A DNA stretch of 64,000 nt from the NCBI RefSeq assembly GCF_006345805.1, contig NC_042999.1:165416001-165480000 (forward strand). The letters are read 5' to 3'. The notes under the pieces were generated by a model. That model saw only the letters and a list, made by a program, of their open reading frames with translations, was not told the DNA's origin and did not search any database. Of this stretch, positions 26,367 to 39,157 are shown piece after piece. How positions within the stretch are numbered: position 1 is the stretch's first letter; each line of letters opens with the position of its first letter. This stretch comes from Octopus sinensis. Its lineage: Eukaryota. The position numbers and the translations under genes were made by a program.

Positions 26367-26867
26367 TATATATGAGGGTGCATGACCTAGTGGTTACAGT
26401 GTTGCACTCATGATTGTGAGATCATGATTTCATTTCCTGGACTGGGTAGCATGTTGTGTTCTTCAGGAAAACAACTTCATCTCACTTCGCTCTGTGATCA
26501 TTTCTACTCCTGATGTATGGTATACTATACACCTGTTTAGAGAATGCTACCTCATTATAGCCAATGTTTTCAGGCTGAAATGAGTAAAAGATTTCGGAAA
26601 AAAAAAACTCAAAGAAATACACAGACATGCACATACATACATACAAACTTACACACAAACACACACACATAGAAATATATATGATAATAATAATGATGAT
26701 GATATATGTACACTATATAAAGATATATATCATATATAGATATATATATATATATACATATATTTTATTTATATATATATATATTATATATATATATATA
26801 TATAAATAAAAAATAATGATAATAATAATAATGATATATGTATATTATATAAAGATATATATACATA

Positions 26868-27191
26868 TCTTTATATATAAAAGTGAGGTTGTGTGCTGTC
26901 TGTCTCCTACGATTTAGATTCCTAACTACTCCCACATTTTGTGGTGCAGTATAACCAAAACCGGGTATCTTATAGTCCCTTCTGGGTATTAGCGCGCCCT
27001 TCTGGGTATTAGCGCGCCCTTCTGGGTATTAGCGCGCGTCTACGATGAGTCAACGATTTTAAAAAAAATTTACCATAATTTTTTTTCCATTTTTAATGTA
27101 TTTTTTTGCTATTTTTTGGCTATAACTCTCTAAAAATGCTTATATAGTTATTTCCCTTACAAACCCGAGCAACGCCGGGCGATACTGCTAG
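26868..27191 (+). mobile_element. Non-autonomous Helitron (copy 1)
   Basis: Inserted at A^T, with 5' TC, a subterminal hairpin cccgagcaacgccggg and 3' CTAG. Homologous to 42276-42659. Has an internal 3x20-bp tandem repeat (26977-27036). Confidence 0.85.
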
Positions 27192-27239
27192 TATTATGTA
27201 TATATATATACATATAAATATTATATATATATATACTGT

Positions 27240-27492
27240 TGTGTCTGGGGAGAGTCATTTTCTTTTTGTGCCTTATAATGTAACATACTCACTGGTAAAA
27301 TTTTCACTTATTTCTTATTTTTTTATTTTCCTAAAATTTTCGTTGCATCTTGCAACCTTTTCAATACTTTTGACTTTCTATTGAAAAGGTTGCAAGATGC
27401 AACGAAAATAAAAATAAGCAACAAGTGGAAATTTTACTGGTGAGTGTGTTAAATAATAAGGCACTAAAAGAGAATGACTCTCCCCAGCCACA
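27240..27492. repeat. Fold-back (inverted repeat) element
   Basis: Perfect 31-bp inner arms 27336-27366 / 27379-27409 around a 12-nt loop. Diverged outer arms of about 80 bp (27240- / -27492). Confidence 0.9.
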
Positions 27493-27552
27493 TCAGAATA
27501 TGCTTCAACACACGAACTCATATAAAAAATCTTGCAAACCAAATCCAAAAAC

Positions 27553-27629
<77 letters not shown>

Positions 27630-27729
27630 CATATATATACATATATTTACATACATATATATATATAATATTAATATATAATATATATATAACATATAAT
27701 ATACATATAATATATTTACATATATATAT

Positions 27730-27761
<32 letters not shown>

Positions 27762-27788
27762 GCGTTGTAAAGAAGAGTTTAACTGTCT

Positions 27789-28450
27789 TTAATTCTCTTT
27801 AGATTTGTGCGCCTTTGCTTGTAGTTCAGCCATTTTTGATTCCATATCTTTCATCCATTCTTCATACTGTCTCCTCCACTTTGTTTGAAACTCACTCTTT
27901 AATTGTTCCTCCTTTTTACACCATTCCATTTCTTTTTTATTGAGTTCCATCTTTAAATCTGCTACATCACCTTCTAGGGTTTTATTTTGAATGGTAAGTG
28001 CCATATTTTCGCCACGCAACTGGTCGATCCTTTCGAGTAGAAAGTTTATATATTCTGTGTTTCCCTCCTGTTCTTCAGCCTCTAACGATATAGAATCGAG
28101 ATCCACCGGGGAAGTATCTTCTTTATCTACCAGTTCTGTTTGCAGTGCCTCGGGACATTTTACCAGATTCTCTTCCGTTTCTTTATCACAAACATTATCC
28201 TCTGGTTGTGTCTTTGGAGAAGCATCATTAGGGTTCCTACTTTTGCATTTCTAGCAACGAATGGGTGACCAATACGAAGTATTTCTCTCTCACGTTTCAC
28301 GATCGTCGTACTTTTAGCTCGTCTAAGTTGATCCAACTTTTTCTTCAGACATGCAACTTCCTCTTGCAAATCGTTGACCATTTGCTGAAGTTCAAAAGGT
28401 GTTTGTTTCTTTAAAACAGAACCAGAAGCTACGCTCAAGCTTTGTGACAT
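27789..28450 (-). CDS. Uncharacterised coiled-coil protein (about 220 aa if one frameshift is corrected); apparently single exon
   Basis: Two overlapping minus-strand ORFs (28160-28450 and an open frame 28250-27789). Both have natural E/K/Q/L-rich heptad segments ([24 protein letters not shown]; [33 protein letters not shown]). One extra base in the overlap joins them. The ATG abuts an X-box. No family recognised. Confidence 0.65.
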
Positions 28451-28464
28451 GTTTCCATAGTAAC
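28451..28464. promoter_or_regulatory. RFX X-box (GTTTCCATAGTAAC) in a divergent promoter
   Basis: Exact fit to GTHNYY-AT-RRNAAC. It lies immediately 5' of the coiled-coil ATG and 1.4 kb upstream of the first CFAP300 coding exon. CFAP300 is a motile-cilia gene, the class of gene RFX regulates. Confidence 0.75.
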
Positions 28465-29881
28465 ATGTACACTAAACGAAAGTTACTTCCCTTGTGTCAT
28501 CATTTGCCGGCTTTAGTTACCTTGATCGGGGTGTGATATACCGCTTGCCCTTTAATTATTCTTTGCATAACGACACGGCCTTATTTAAGAGATACATATA
28601 GACGATTAGATTTATCTAGTTCTCAATGAGTACATATTTCATCGATCCTTGAAGGATGAAAGGCAAGATTGATTACGGCGGGATTTGAACTTAAACTATA
28701 AATCCATGCAACTAAATACTTGCAGGTTACTGACAGATGATAGATCACCGGATAACAGCCCTTGTGGTATTTAGTTACGCCCTTTTGGACCTTCGATACA
28801 AATGCTAGAACTATGCTGGGAGGAAGGAACCTTGGAACCATTATTCGATAGCTCGATAACTTTTTATTCCAAAAGGCTGACTTATTTTACCAACCTACAT
28901 TATTCATATTGTTAAAATATTTAAATCAACTAATATTAGAGTTGTTTTGCGAGCTTAATTTAAACGTCCATAGAGGAAGCTCCCCCCTCCCAACCCTAGT
29001 TCTGACTAATTGCTTGGATGATTTTAGTTGATCGAAGAAGTTATTCAGTATATATGTCACATAGAAAGTTTGTTACTCCAGACTACACAGTCTTACACAC
29101 AGTTTGGGCTTATGTGGGCTTTTGTGTGACATTCCATACACGTATATAGGGCAGCATGTCAGATGTGAAGTGTTAAATTTCTCCCATTATTTTGTCTCAT
29201 TTGCGGGTAATTGTTGCTATTGCTGTTTAACCTCAAGTTAGTCTTGACCGAGTAGACCCAGGGTCATAACTATCCGTCTTTTATATATCAATGACAACCC
29301 TTAAATGTCTTTTTTTTTTCTTTTTAAGGTAGTGTGTTATTTGAGGGAGATTTTGTACAATTTCTAGAAGAGTAACCAAACAGACTTCTGATACCTTACC
29401 AGTACAGGTCACCACCAGAGCAGCTCTGCTTTTGTGGTGGATAGATCAGAGGAGAAGCAGCTAGTCTCCAGTTCTAATTGCTACATTGTGGTTAGTTTTA
29501 TTCTAAGTGATGCTTAACGACTCGTTATAGTTTTATTTTTGAATATTCGTCGTTAACCGAATACGTGCTCACAATTTGACAGGTACTTCTTTTATATATT
29601 CCTGGATAGATTAAAATGAAATTGACTCAGTTTGCTTTGAATTTATAACCTTGAAGCACCAACCTCAGAGTCATTTGTCAACAACCTTTTCTAAAATAGC
29701 AACTACCACTATCCATAAGGTCCTTCGAAGCTTCTGTGTTACCACCACAAAGTCCCTCACCATCAACCATCCACAACCACCATCACAAGGTCCTTGACCT
29801 CAGCAGAACCTTAGGGCAATAAGCTAACCCAAACATTTGGGAAGACTTTTCTCTTTTAAGGTACAAACAAGAATCAAAGAA

Positions 29882-29985
29882 ATGACTAATTCAGGAGAAA
29901 TCACTTGTTTCACTTTCCGCCATGTGCCTGGCAAAACATTTTCATTCACAGAAAATAAGGACAACTGCGACTTTCTTATGAAATG
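29882..29985 (+). CDS. CFAP300: CFAP300 (C11orf70) coding exon 1
   Basis: Acceptor ttttctcttttaag| at 29860, ATG at 29882 and donor TG|gtaagt (phase 2). It ends SFTENKDNCDFLMKW. The conserved N-terminal motif FRHVPGKTF lies in the +1 frame (see findings). Confidence 0.8.
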
Positions 29986-31371
29986 GTAAGTTTTCTATTT
30001 CTCCGTTTCTGCATATGGACTCACACGTTCGAAAAATCTTTCTACTGATATTACATTATAACCTTTCTTTCAGTATTAATCCTCACTTTAAACCATTTCA
30101 CTTTGATTATGTGCTAAATCCATCTTTTTAAAACCGATATATCGTAAGTATATAGAAAAATCAATATAACGGTTTACTTCTTTCGGTTTTATGTATATTT
30201 TTATTGATAATAATACATATTTAAGATGAAGTGATTTATAGTAATGCCATATGTATTCCTCGATCAAATTTATTATTGAATACATTCATTTTAAAAAGAA
30301 ATCCGAAAAAACCTGCATCTGTAAGCATCTCTCCAAAAGCAGACGATCATTTGCCAGTCGCCATAACGACCTCCAATCTCCCTTAGCAACCGGCATTAAA
30401 ACATTAAATTCATGCTCCTTGCATTAATTTATGCAATAATTCTTTAGTAATTTTCTTTAAAAGATCCATTTCGGATTATAATGTTCTTTTATTTTTCATT
30501 CTATTTTGGAATCCTCTTTATAGCACTTGGATAAAAACATTGATAATGTATCTGTATTTCCTACAAAATGTTCTCGAAACTTCATCGGAAGCCAATGTTA
30601 AATCTTCAGTGTTTTCAAAAATGTTCTCGAATCTGAGAAATCGAAATTAGGGCTTCTTTATCGATCATACATACACATGTGTGCCCCACTCTCTGAATTT
30701 CTTTCCTCGTAACTCTCAGGAAGATGCAGAGAATTTAAAGAAATTTTCTACAAGAGGAGTTTACGATTGTATGGGATTCGTGGGAATTTTTTCGGAGGGA
30801 GATTGAAAGGAGTTTCGGATAATTCACAGATGTTCACTTTGTTTATATCTTCTAAACAAAAAAAAAAAAGATTTTTTACATCTTGTAAGCTAGGTTTTTC
30901 TTTTTTTGTTTTCGTTAGCGGGTCTCAAACTGTATATTAACCAGGAATTTTTGTGCGGACCCACTATATTTTATTTATTTATTTTCACATTAAACTCGGA
31001 CATAATCGTAATTTACACTATTTGAAACATATCTGAAGAAACTTTCATTAAAATATTTCCATCTTTCTGAAAGTTATGAAGAGACAAAGTCAATTCGTAT
31101 GAATCATCCAAAACTACCCCCGCCCTCCTTCCAAAAAGTTTTTCACAACCAATTCCCATATAATCGGGGCTAAGTTCTGATTGAAGCAAACCATTTCACC
31201 AGTCGTAACTTTTAAAAGAATAATAATAAACGATAAACTCTATCACATACGATGAAGCAAAAAAATCAAACACTTGTGTATTAATAATTGGGTATTCTAC
31301 CAGCAGTATATTGGATAGATATTATCCCTTAGTGGGTTGGATTCACAACTTCTAACTTTCTTGGAGTTCAT

Positions 31372-32313
31372 CATCATTGTTTAACGTCCATTTCCCATGC
31401 TAGCATGGGTTGGACAGTTCGACTAGGGTCTGGGAAGCCAGAAGGCTGCATCAGGCTCCAGTCTGATCTGGCAGTGTTTCTACAGCTGGATGCCCTTCCT
31501 AATGCCAACCACTCTGTGAGTGTAGTGGGTGCTTTTTACGTGCCACCAGCACAGGTGCCAGGTGAGGCTGGCAATGGCCATGATTGGTTGGTGCTTTTTA
31601 TATGCCACCGGCATGGAAGCCAGTCAAGGCGGAGCTGGCATCAGCCACATTCGGATGGTGCTTTTTATGTGCCACCGGCACAGGGATCACAACTACAATT
31701 TCCATTGAAGTTGATGTACTTGACTCAATAGGTCTCCTCAAGCACAGGGTCGAAACGGTGTTTATTTACTTGCCACCTGCAGAGGAGTCAGTCCAGTGGC
31801 ACTGGCAATGGCCGGGTGCCAGTCATAGAATTTGGTTCAATTTCGATTTCACTTGCCTCAACAGGTCTTCGCAAGCAGAGTTTTATGTCCAAAGAAGGAA
31901 TGATATGCATAAGTGGGCTGGCTACATCCCTAGCTAAGGCCATGGGTTATGGACTCACTTGTCCTGCCGGGTCTTCTCAAGCACAGCATATTTCCAAAGG
32001 TCTCGGTCACTAGTCATTGCCTCAGTGAGGCCTAATGTTCGAAGGTCGTGCTTCACCATCTCGTCCCAGGTTTTCCTGGGTCTACCTCTTCCACAGGTTC
32101 CCTCAACCCACACACCTATCTTCATCCATTCTTGCCACATGACCATACCAGCACAATCGTCTCTCTTGCACACCACAGCTGATACTTCTTAGGTCCAACT
32201 TTTCTCTCAAGGTACTTACACTCTGTCGAGTATGTACACTGACATTACACATCCATCGGAGCACTGGCTTCATTCCTTGTGAGCTTACGCATGTCCTCAG
32301 CAGTCACGGCCCA
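31372..32313 (-). mobile_element. RTE-clade LINE, 5'-truncated, with full 3'UTR and (GAT)n tail
   Basis: ORF 31955-32176 (GRGRPRKTWDEMVKHDLRTLGLTEAMTSDRDLWKYAVLEKTRQ), followed by the 3'UTR ...aacccatgctagcatgg..gacgttaaa(cgat)n. The 3'UTR is shared with copies at about 1190, 12245, 33890, 39730, 49250 and 52060. Confidence 0.9.
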
Positions 32314-33522
32314 TATGCATACATATAACAGGCTTCTTTCAATTTCCATCTACTAAATAGACTCACAAGGCTTTGGTCGGCCTAAATTTATTGTAGAAAA
32401 CTGAACCAGGAACTATGTAGTTGGGAAGCATGCTTCTTATCTCACAGCTGCACCTTTCAATCCACCAACCTGCCCTGAAGTTCTCAAATTCCAAGGGCTA
32501 AATTTGGGTTAAATAAAAAAAAGAATTATAATTAGTTAGGAACAAAACAAAATAGAGCATCATTCAGGTAAACAAAATGAGAAGACTGAGGACAAACTAG
32601 AAAAATGATCATTTGATATTAGGTATTTTTTGGATAAACAAAATAATTATTTAGGATTAACTTAAAAAAAGAAGGTGCAGGTAATTAATTAGGAACAAAT
32701 AAAATTAGATAAACAAAATAGGGTAATTTAGGACAAACTTGAAAAGAATATAATGGGGTTATCTGGGACAAAAAATAAAAAAGTTTAAAATGTTACAAGG
32801 GTAGGTTTGAATTTGTGTTCAGCAAATCACTGTTTCAGTTTGTCCCGAATTACCCATTGAAATTTGAGAATTCTGCTGAGGTTGACTTTGCCTTTCATCC
32901 TTTTGTGGGTGATAAAATAAATACCAGTAGAAAACTAAGATCGATATAATTGACTTACCCCCTCCCCTGAAATTACTTGTGCTTCAATTTGAAAACAATA
33001 TGATATACAGGGTAGAAAAATTGTAATATAATATAATGTCTCCTTTGCAGTTTAAATAAATATTTTTATCCAGTAATAATTTCCAGTGGGGATGTTGGGC
33101 ATGCAGCCCCACTACAGACATCTTGGCTTTAATATTAACAATATCAAACATACAACTGCTACTGGTAAAGCCTCTTAATTTTCAACAGTTAAGTCTGCTT
33201 AATTGGAAATAGGACCCAAAAAGCAACAGCGCTTTTCTATGTAAGATGCAAAACCACAACTAATAATTACTTTATTAATTATGAAATCATTCCAATAGAC
33301 TTACAGTAGACTCATATCCTTTCCATGAAGGAAGAATGTATCCCAGTTACTTAGAGAAGACTCCAACTCCAGGAGAATTTTATTACAGCTACAGCATCAC
33401 TAAAGAGAGCTTTCCTGGTTTTATGACCGGGACTCAGAGACATGGTAAATAATTAATTACATTTAATTATGGTCAACTTTGATGCCTTTTTTACTTTTTT
33501 ACCTTCCTTTTTATATACACAG

Positions 33523-33604
33523 GGGTATGAAGGATACTTTGAAAATTCAACTATTTTCTTTTGATCAAGCATTTCAATCTTATCAGTACAAGACTCTGAT
33601 TAAT
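33523..33604 (+). CDS. CFAP300: CFAP300 coding exon 2
   Basis: acag|G GGT ATG...ATT AAT|gtatgt, 82 nt: (W)GMKDTLKIQLFSFDQAFQSYQYKTLIN, versus recalled human [27 protein letters not shown]. Phases are compatible with the flanking exons. Confidence 0.93.
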
Positions 33605-35360
33605 GTATGTATTAGTTTTATCTATTTCTTAACTATAAAACACTTTTTCGATATTGTTGAATAGTATAATCATGGTATTTATCATAAGTATTATCATTAA
33701 TCTTCATCTCTTATTATACCTATTCTGCCTCAGTCTTACAGCTTCAATTACTTGTATGGGTGGTGCTTCAAAGTTCCTGGATATCTCAAGGATATCTCAA
33801 TTGGCTTGGTTGGAGGCCCAACATTCTGAATTCTTTTACAGGGTTTAGAAAAACTGAAGGACCACTGTGAATCTGAGAGGGAAGTCATCATCATCATCGT
33901 TTAACATCCGCTTTCCATGCTAGCATGGGTTGGACGATTTTGACTGAGGGCTGGCAAACCAGATGGCTGCACCAGGCTCCAGTCTTGATCTGGCAGAGTT
34001 TCTATAGCTGGATGCCCTTCCTAATGCCAACCACTCCGAGAGTGTAGTGGGTGCTTTTTACGTGCCACCGGCACGGGGGCCAGTCAGGCGGTACTGGCAA
34101 TGCGTTCGCTCGAATCTTTTTACACATGCCACCGGCACAGGTGCCAGTGAAGCGACATTGGTAACGCTCACACTCGAATGGTGCCCTTTTACGTGCCACG
34201 GGTACGGAGGCCAGTTGGCTACTCTGGCAACGATCACGCTCGGATGGTGCTCTTGGCACCCTACTAGCACAGGCATAAGTGCCAGTAAGGCAACGCTGGT
34301 AATGATCATACTCGAATAGCCGCTCTGTCAACGATCACATTCTTGTTATGCTCTTTGCACCCCACTAGCCAGATGCCGGTCATCGAATTGATTTTGATTT
34401 TGATTTCACTTGCCTCAACAGGTCTTTGCAGTTGAATAAAATCATAATTAACTGATCCTCTTGTATCTTCTTTTACCCAAAGCCAGGAACTTTTCAGCAC
34501 CTCCTTATATTCTACCCATTTCCTTCCTCTAATATCTAGACCCACTTAATAACAGGATTTACTGCACCTTTCAGAAATATCCAAAAGGTTTCTTATTGTG
34601 GTTGTGTGCAATTGAAGTGATGTATACTGATGTTGTTTGTTGATGTCAGAGTTGTAAATATTTCATGCCTATCTAGTTTGTTGAGGTTAACATCTCTTTT
34701 TTGTAGCCATCTATTCCTTCTAGTTTAGTCACTACTAGTTTCCAACAGATGTTTGCAAAGTAGCACATGCCACTAAAGTATTAGTAATGGCCACATCATT
34801 ATGTAAGAGTTTGTGAGTAAATGCATTAGTATTGTTATCAATGCAATGGATATGCTACAGACATGGCCAATGATGAGTGATCAAATACTTTTGAAAACTT
34901 CACATACACTCACTCATACTTCCAACAACAATAAAAAGCTGAAATTTATGAATTCTTTGGATCGTTATCCAGAATGTTTTTAATGTCTTTTGACTCAAGT
35001 GCATTCAAACCTCTGTAGTTACTTCTTTGAAAATCAAAAAAAAAAACTGTGCAAAGAAGCTTGTAAGGATAACATTTTCAAGATCATTTAAATAATTATT
35101 TCCTCAATAACATAATTCTTGAATGTCTTTAATAGAACTGAAGACATAAAAAGAAAAAGAAGACTATGACAAACCATTCATTGATACATAGATTTCTTTT
35201 TTGCTAAACAGCTTTTCAAGTGTAAAATTATGTCAACTGCCATCTGACGGTCAATATATTCAAGGTTGAATTATTTGTCATCTAGTTTTTGTGAGAGTCT
35301 CACTTTAACCAAGAATAAAATGATAGTATAACTTCTATATACATTTTTTATTTATTTCAG

Positions 35361-35430
35361 AGCTTTTTTAATAATCCAACAATAATTAGCAACTTGGAAA
35401 TTTGCTCAGCTAATGGCTGGAGCAGACTTG
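35361..35430 (+). CDS. CFAP300: CFAP300 coding exon 3
   Basis: tttcag|AGC...CTT G|gtatgt, 70 nt: SFFNNPTIISNLEICSANGWSRL(G), versus recalled human [26 protein letters not shown]. Confidence 0.92.
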
Positions 35431-37995
35431 GTATGTTTTATTTTGCTATTTTGGTGATGTAATTAATTTTTTTCTTTATTTATCATACCAAAAGACACTT
35501 TACTGATTGTATGACTAGAAGCATGAAAAGTCACTAAACATGACCTTTCATACCTCTAAGATTACTAAAATACATATACACCAGTTTGAGATAGAATGTT
35601 AATAGGAACATATTGAATAGTTTTGCGAATATGCACTATATATTCTCCATCTTACTCTTATTCATCTATTATTGCCTTCTTTTCTATTTCTCTATTGGTC
35701 ACATTGTTTGGAACAACATTGAGCTGGTGTCATTATAAAATGTACACATTACATGTTGTAAAGCAGAGAAAAGTTTAGTCTTATTTTGTTGAGGACATGA
35801 CTCTAGTGTTGGTGCCATAATAAAATTCACCCGGTACATTCTGTTAAGATGGTGGTGTTAGTAATAGCATTCAACTAAAAAAAAAACAAATCAAAAATGG
35901 AGTATATGAGCAAGACGTATCCTCCAACCTATGTAGGAAGGAGTAATTCCAAATATGAACTCAGAGAGTGGCAACTGTCCAATTCATATCAGAATGTAAG
36001 CAAACATAAAATGATAATAATTATGATCACTTCTCACAAGTTTTATTTATTTATTTTTAATTATTTGGCCTAGAAGAGTGGGTGTGCCCATGGCCTTCAC
36101 AGAACCTTTTAATTGGTGAGTTTGATATGGTTGATGTTTCTCTTGAACAGCTGTAACCCGATGGCTACCAGAAAACCATGAGCAGGAAGGGAGGGGAACT
36201 GATGTTCTGAGGAGGAAGAACTAATCACTGTAGTGATTACTGCAGTGCGTGAAAGTGTTGATACAATATACATGATGAAAGAGTCAGCAGGGCCTCTGAT
36301 GAGGTGGCACTAGAGTGACTAACTCCAAGAGAAAGAGGCCACTGTAATTGTAGAATAAAAGGCCGTGTGAAGTGACAGCCTGTCTGTGCATTAGCAGTGA
36401 TGATCTGCAAGTCTCAAGTGGTTCTTTTGGGAAGTAGCTTAAAATATCTTACAGTTCCTTTGTGGGTTTCACTTTAGTTTTGTATAATGTTGGAAATTGT
36501 TAAGAAACTGATATATTTTCTGATCCTGTAGAGGAAGGCCAGTTATTTTCTGATGTACTCTTTGCTAGTTGACAGTATGACATTTCCAGAAGAGATCATT
36601 AGTGCTCTTGTGATCTAGCATTTGTAGTGACTTGTTGTTATGTTTAGGTTGGAGTGAAATATAATATTTTTGCTTAATATGTGTAGTGATTGTCTTTTTA
36701 CTGTTAAAGAAGATAAGATTTTCCTATCCACAATAGCGAACATTTTTGAGGTCTCTCTTCATAAAGTTATTTTCATATGGATGAATGCTAGAATGGGATG
36801 AAGGATAGTATCAGCTGCATATAAGTGGACATCGCTAGAGGTGATGGTATGTAGTTGATTGACATATAAGATGTAGAGTGTATGTATGGTGGGGATGGTT
36901 TAAAATAACATTTTGGGGTACAGGAAAATTGTGAGTCAAGATGAGTGCTAAAAGCTGTGATAGCTGACAAAACAAAAATCTTCTCCAAGAGACTGACTGG
37001 AAGCCATGGGCAAATAGTTTATCTTGAGAATTGACATGCTAAACATAGTTAATGTCAAATTCAAATACATTATTTTTTTCCATATTTCTTAATATTAACT
37101 GAAATTACCCTCTGGAAGTGTTTCCTGTTGTACCAATGTCACTGGAATGAGTTGTGGTTAGTTCATGGAAAAGCTACATATAATAACTAAACTACACAAA
37201 GCAAACATTTAAACATGATTTGTGATGTCATACTGGTTGTGAAAAGATGTTTATGCATTACAAATCTACATGTAGAGTAAGCAAGATGGAGCACTTTCAA
37301 CATGTAAAATGGATATCAAAGCTAGGCACGAAGACTGAATTAACATTGGACCATATATACATTAGTGTTTCATTGTCTTCTACTATCATCACATATCTGT
37401 TAATATGTAGTCACTAGAATGACTACAGCAGAATCTGCATTTCATATTGCTCCCAAAAATATACCGAAACTGGTGTGAAAAGGACTCTATTTATAGGCTG
37501 TGTTTGTAGAAGCTTCCAGGCGATCTGGAGAAACTATCACATGAACACCAGCTGCTGACTGCACAGTAACTTAGTTGCACAAATGACCAAACCATTGTTA
37601 AGTCATGACTTGAAATTCGTAATATGGCAATGCAAGTTTGAATCCATGCTGCAGAAGTCACAACATTGATTTCTTCAAATGCCATTAAATTATTTATCAT
37701 ATAATGAATAAAAGTCATTTTTCTAGCTTATAGATAATTTTTCTTACTATAAAATGAAAAGAAACTTAAATATTGATTTCAAATTTTGGCACAAGGCCAG
37801 CAATTTTGAGGAAGTGAGTAAGTTGATTACATTGATCCCAGTGCTCAACTGTTAACTTACTTTATTAATTCCAAAAGAATGAAAAGTGAAGCCGACCTTG
37901 GTGGAATTTGAACTTGGAATGTAAAAACATATGAAATACTGCTAAGCATTTTGCCTGGCAAGGTAATGATTCTGCCAGCTCACCACCTAAAATAA

Positions 37996-38718
37996 TCTCT
38001 CTATATATAAACGTCAAAATGTCTGTGTGTGTGTCCTTTATACAAATCCACAATTTTTCAGTTAGAGGGCTTGCACTTTCTATGGTCATTCAAAACCGTC
38101 CAAGGGTGGTTGTGAAGATCTTTTCATTTCCCAGTTACCCCTGAAAGCCATTTAAAAAAATCGATAAACCGACCCCTTATGTTTCATGTAACAAAAGTCT
38201 TTAATACAAGGGACGTAACTCACTTAATCCAGGAGTTTAATCTAAAGATATAAAACCATAGCAAGGGAAATAACTCTTTAAAACTTTGCATTTCCCTCCC
38301 TTTGTTATGTATCACACCTCAATACTATACCAGACCAATTTATTCAATTTAGGACTGAAACTGTCCTGGATTTCTGGATTTTCCAGTTTCCCAGAGAATT
38401 TCTGAATGTTTGCTTAAAATCTCTATATCTATAAATGGCAAAATGTTTGTTTTTTGATTGGACGGAGATAATTTTACACCTGACAGTTGGATGCGCATGC
38501 GCATTTGCAGACAGTCTGTATGACTGTGCATTTTTGTGTTTTGTGAAGACGCGTTATCATGTGTTTTGGCTTTCAAATGTGCACGCTTTTTTGATTTGAG
38601 AAATGCAGGAAATAATTAATGAGTTAGACCAAGTGAATGACAAGAGAGTGGGATTTTCATGAAAGACCAAATATGCTTGACTAGCACTAGACCCAACAGC
38701 ACCGGGTCATAGTACTAG
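37996..38718 (+). mobile_element. Non-autonomous Helitron (second family)
   Basis: 5' A^TCTCTCTATATATAAA, and a subterminal hairpin gaccc...gggtc followed by CTAG^T at 38715-38718. Confidence 0.65.
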
Positions 38719-38990
38719 TCTTAAATATTGCAAATATAAAATACACATTTTAATTGTGTCCATTATTCTGACAAAATATTAGAAATAATTTTTAGATGTT
38801 GATTTCTATGTTGGAAATCATTATTATGTATAAACTAACAGCTAGGATTTTAATGTAAAGGATATCTGTTTTGGTTTCAAATTCATACTTATAATCATTA
38901 ATGATTATTACTGTTGGTGTAAACATTCATTAAATTTGAAGGAATGAAATATTTATCCATAATTATAAAACTTGTTTTATATTATTACAG

Positions 38991-39157
38991 GCCAAAAGGC
39001 ATCCAAAGTTGACATAGAGATTGTACCCTGTACTCTCCTTTCTATGGAATTTTTTGATCGATTGAAAGAGAATGGAGTTATCTATGAGAGTGGAAGATTA
39101 TACAAATGTTTTGATGAGTATTATGAAAATTTTGCTATATCTGATGAACTTAGGAAG
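38991..39157 (+). CDS. CFAP300: CFAP300 coding exon 4
   Basis: ttacag|GC...AGG AAG|gtaaat, 167 nt: GQKASKVDIEIVPCTLLSMEFFDRLKENGVIYESGRLYKCFDEYYENFAISDELRK (VPCT.LSM.FF.RL and ISDELR motifs). Confidence 0.96.

Noticed and set aside
26977-27036. CRISPR-like direct repeats (also 43910-44009)
   Set aside because: The units are contiguous with no unique spacers, in a eukaryotic context with no cas genes.
28163-28250. Programmed -1 ribosomal frameshift joining the two coiled-coil ORFs
   Set aside because: No canonical slippery heptamer in the overlap. A homopolymer indel is the simpler explanation.
27991-28254. 87-aa plus-strand ORF
   Set aside because: Antisense shadow of the coiled-coil gene (Ser-rich mirror of Glu/Arg codons).
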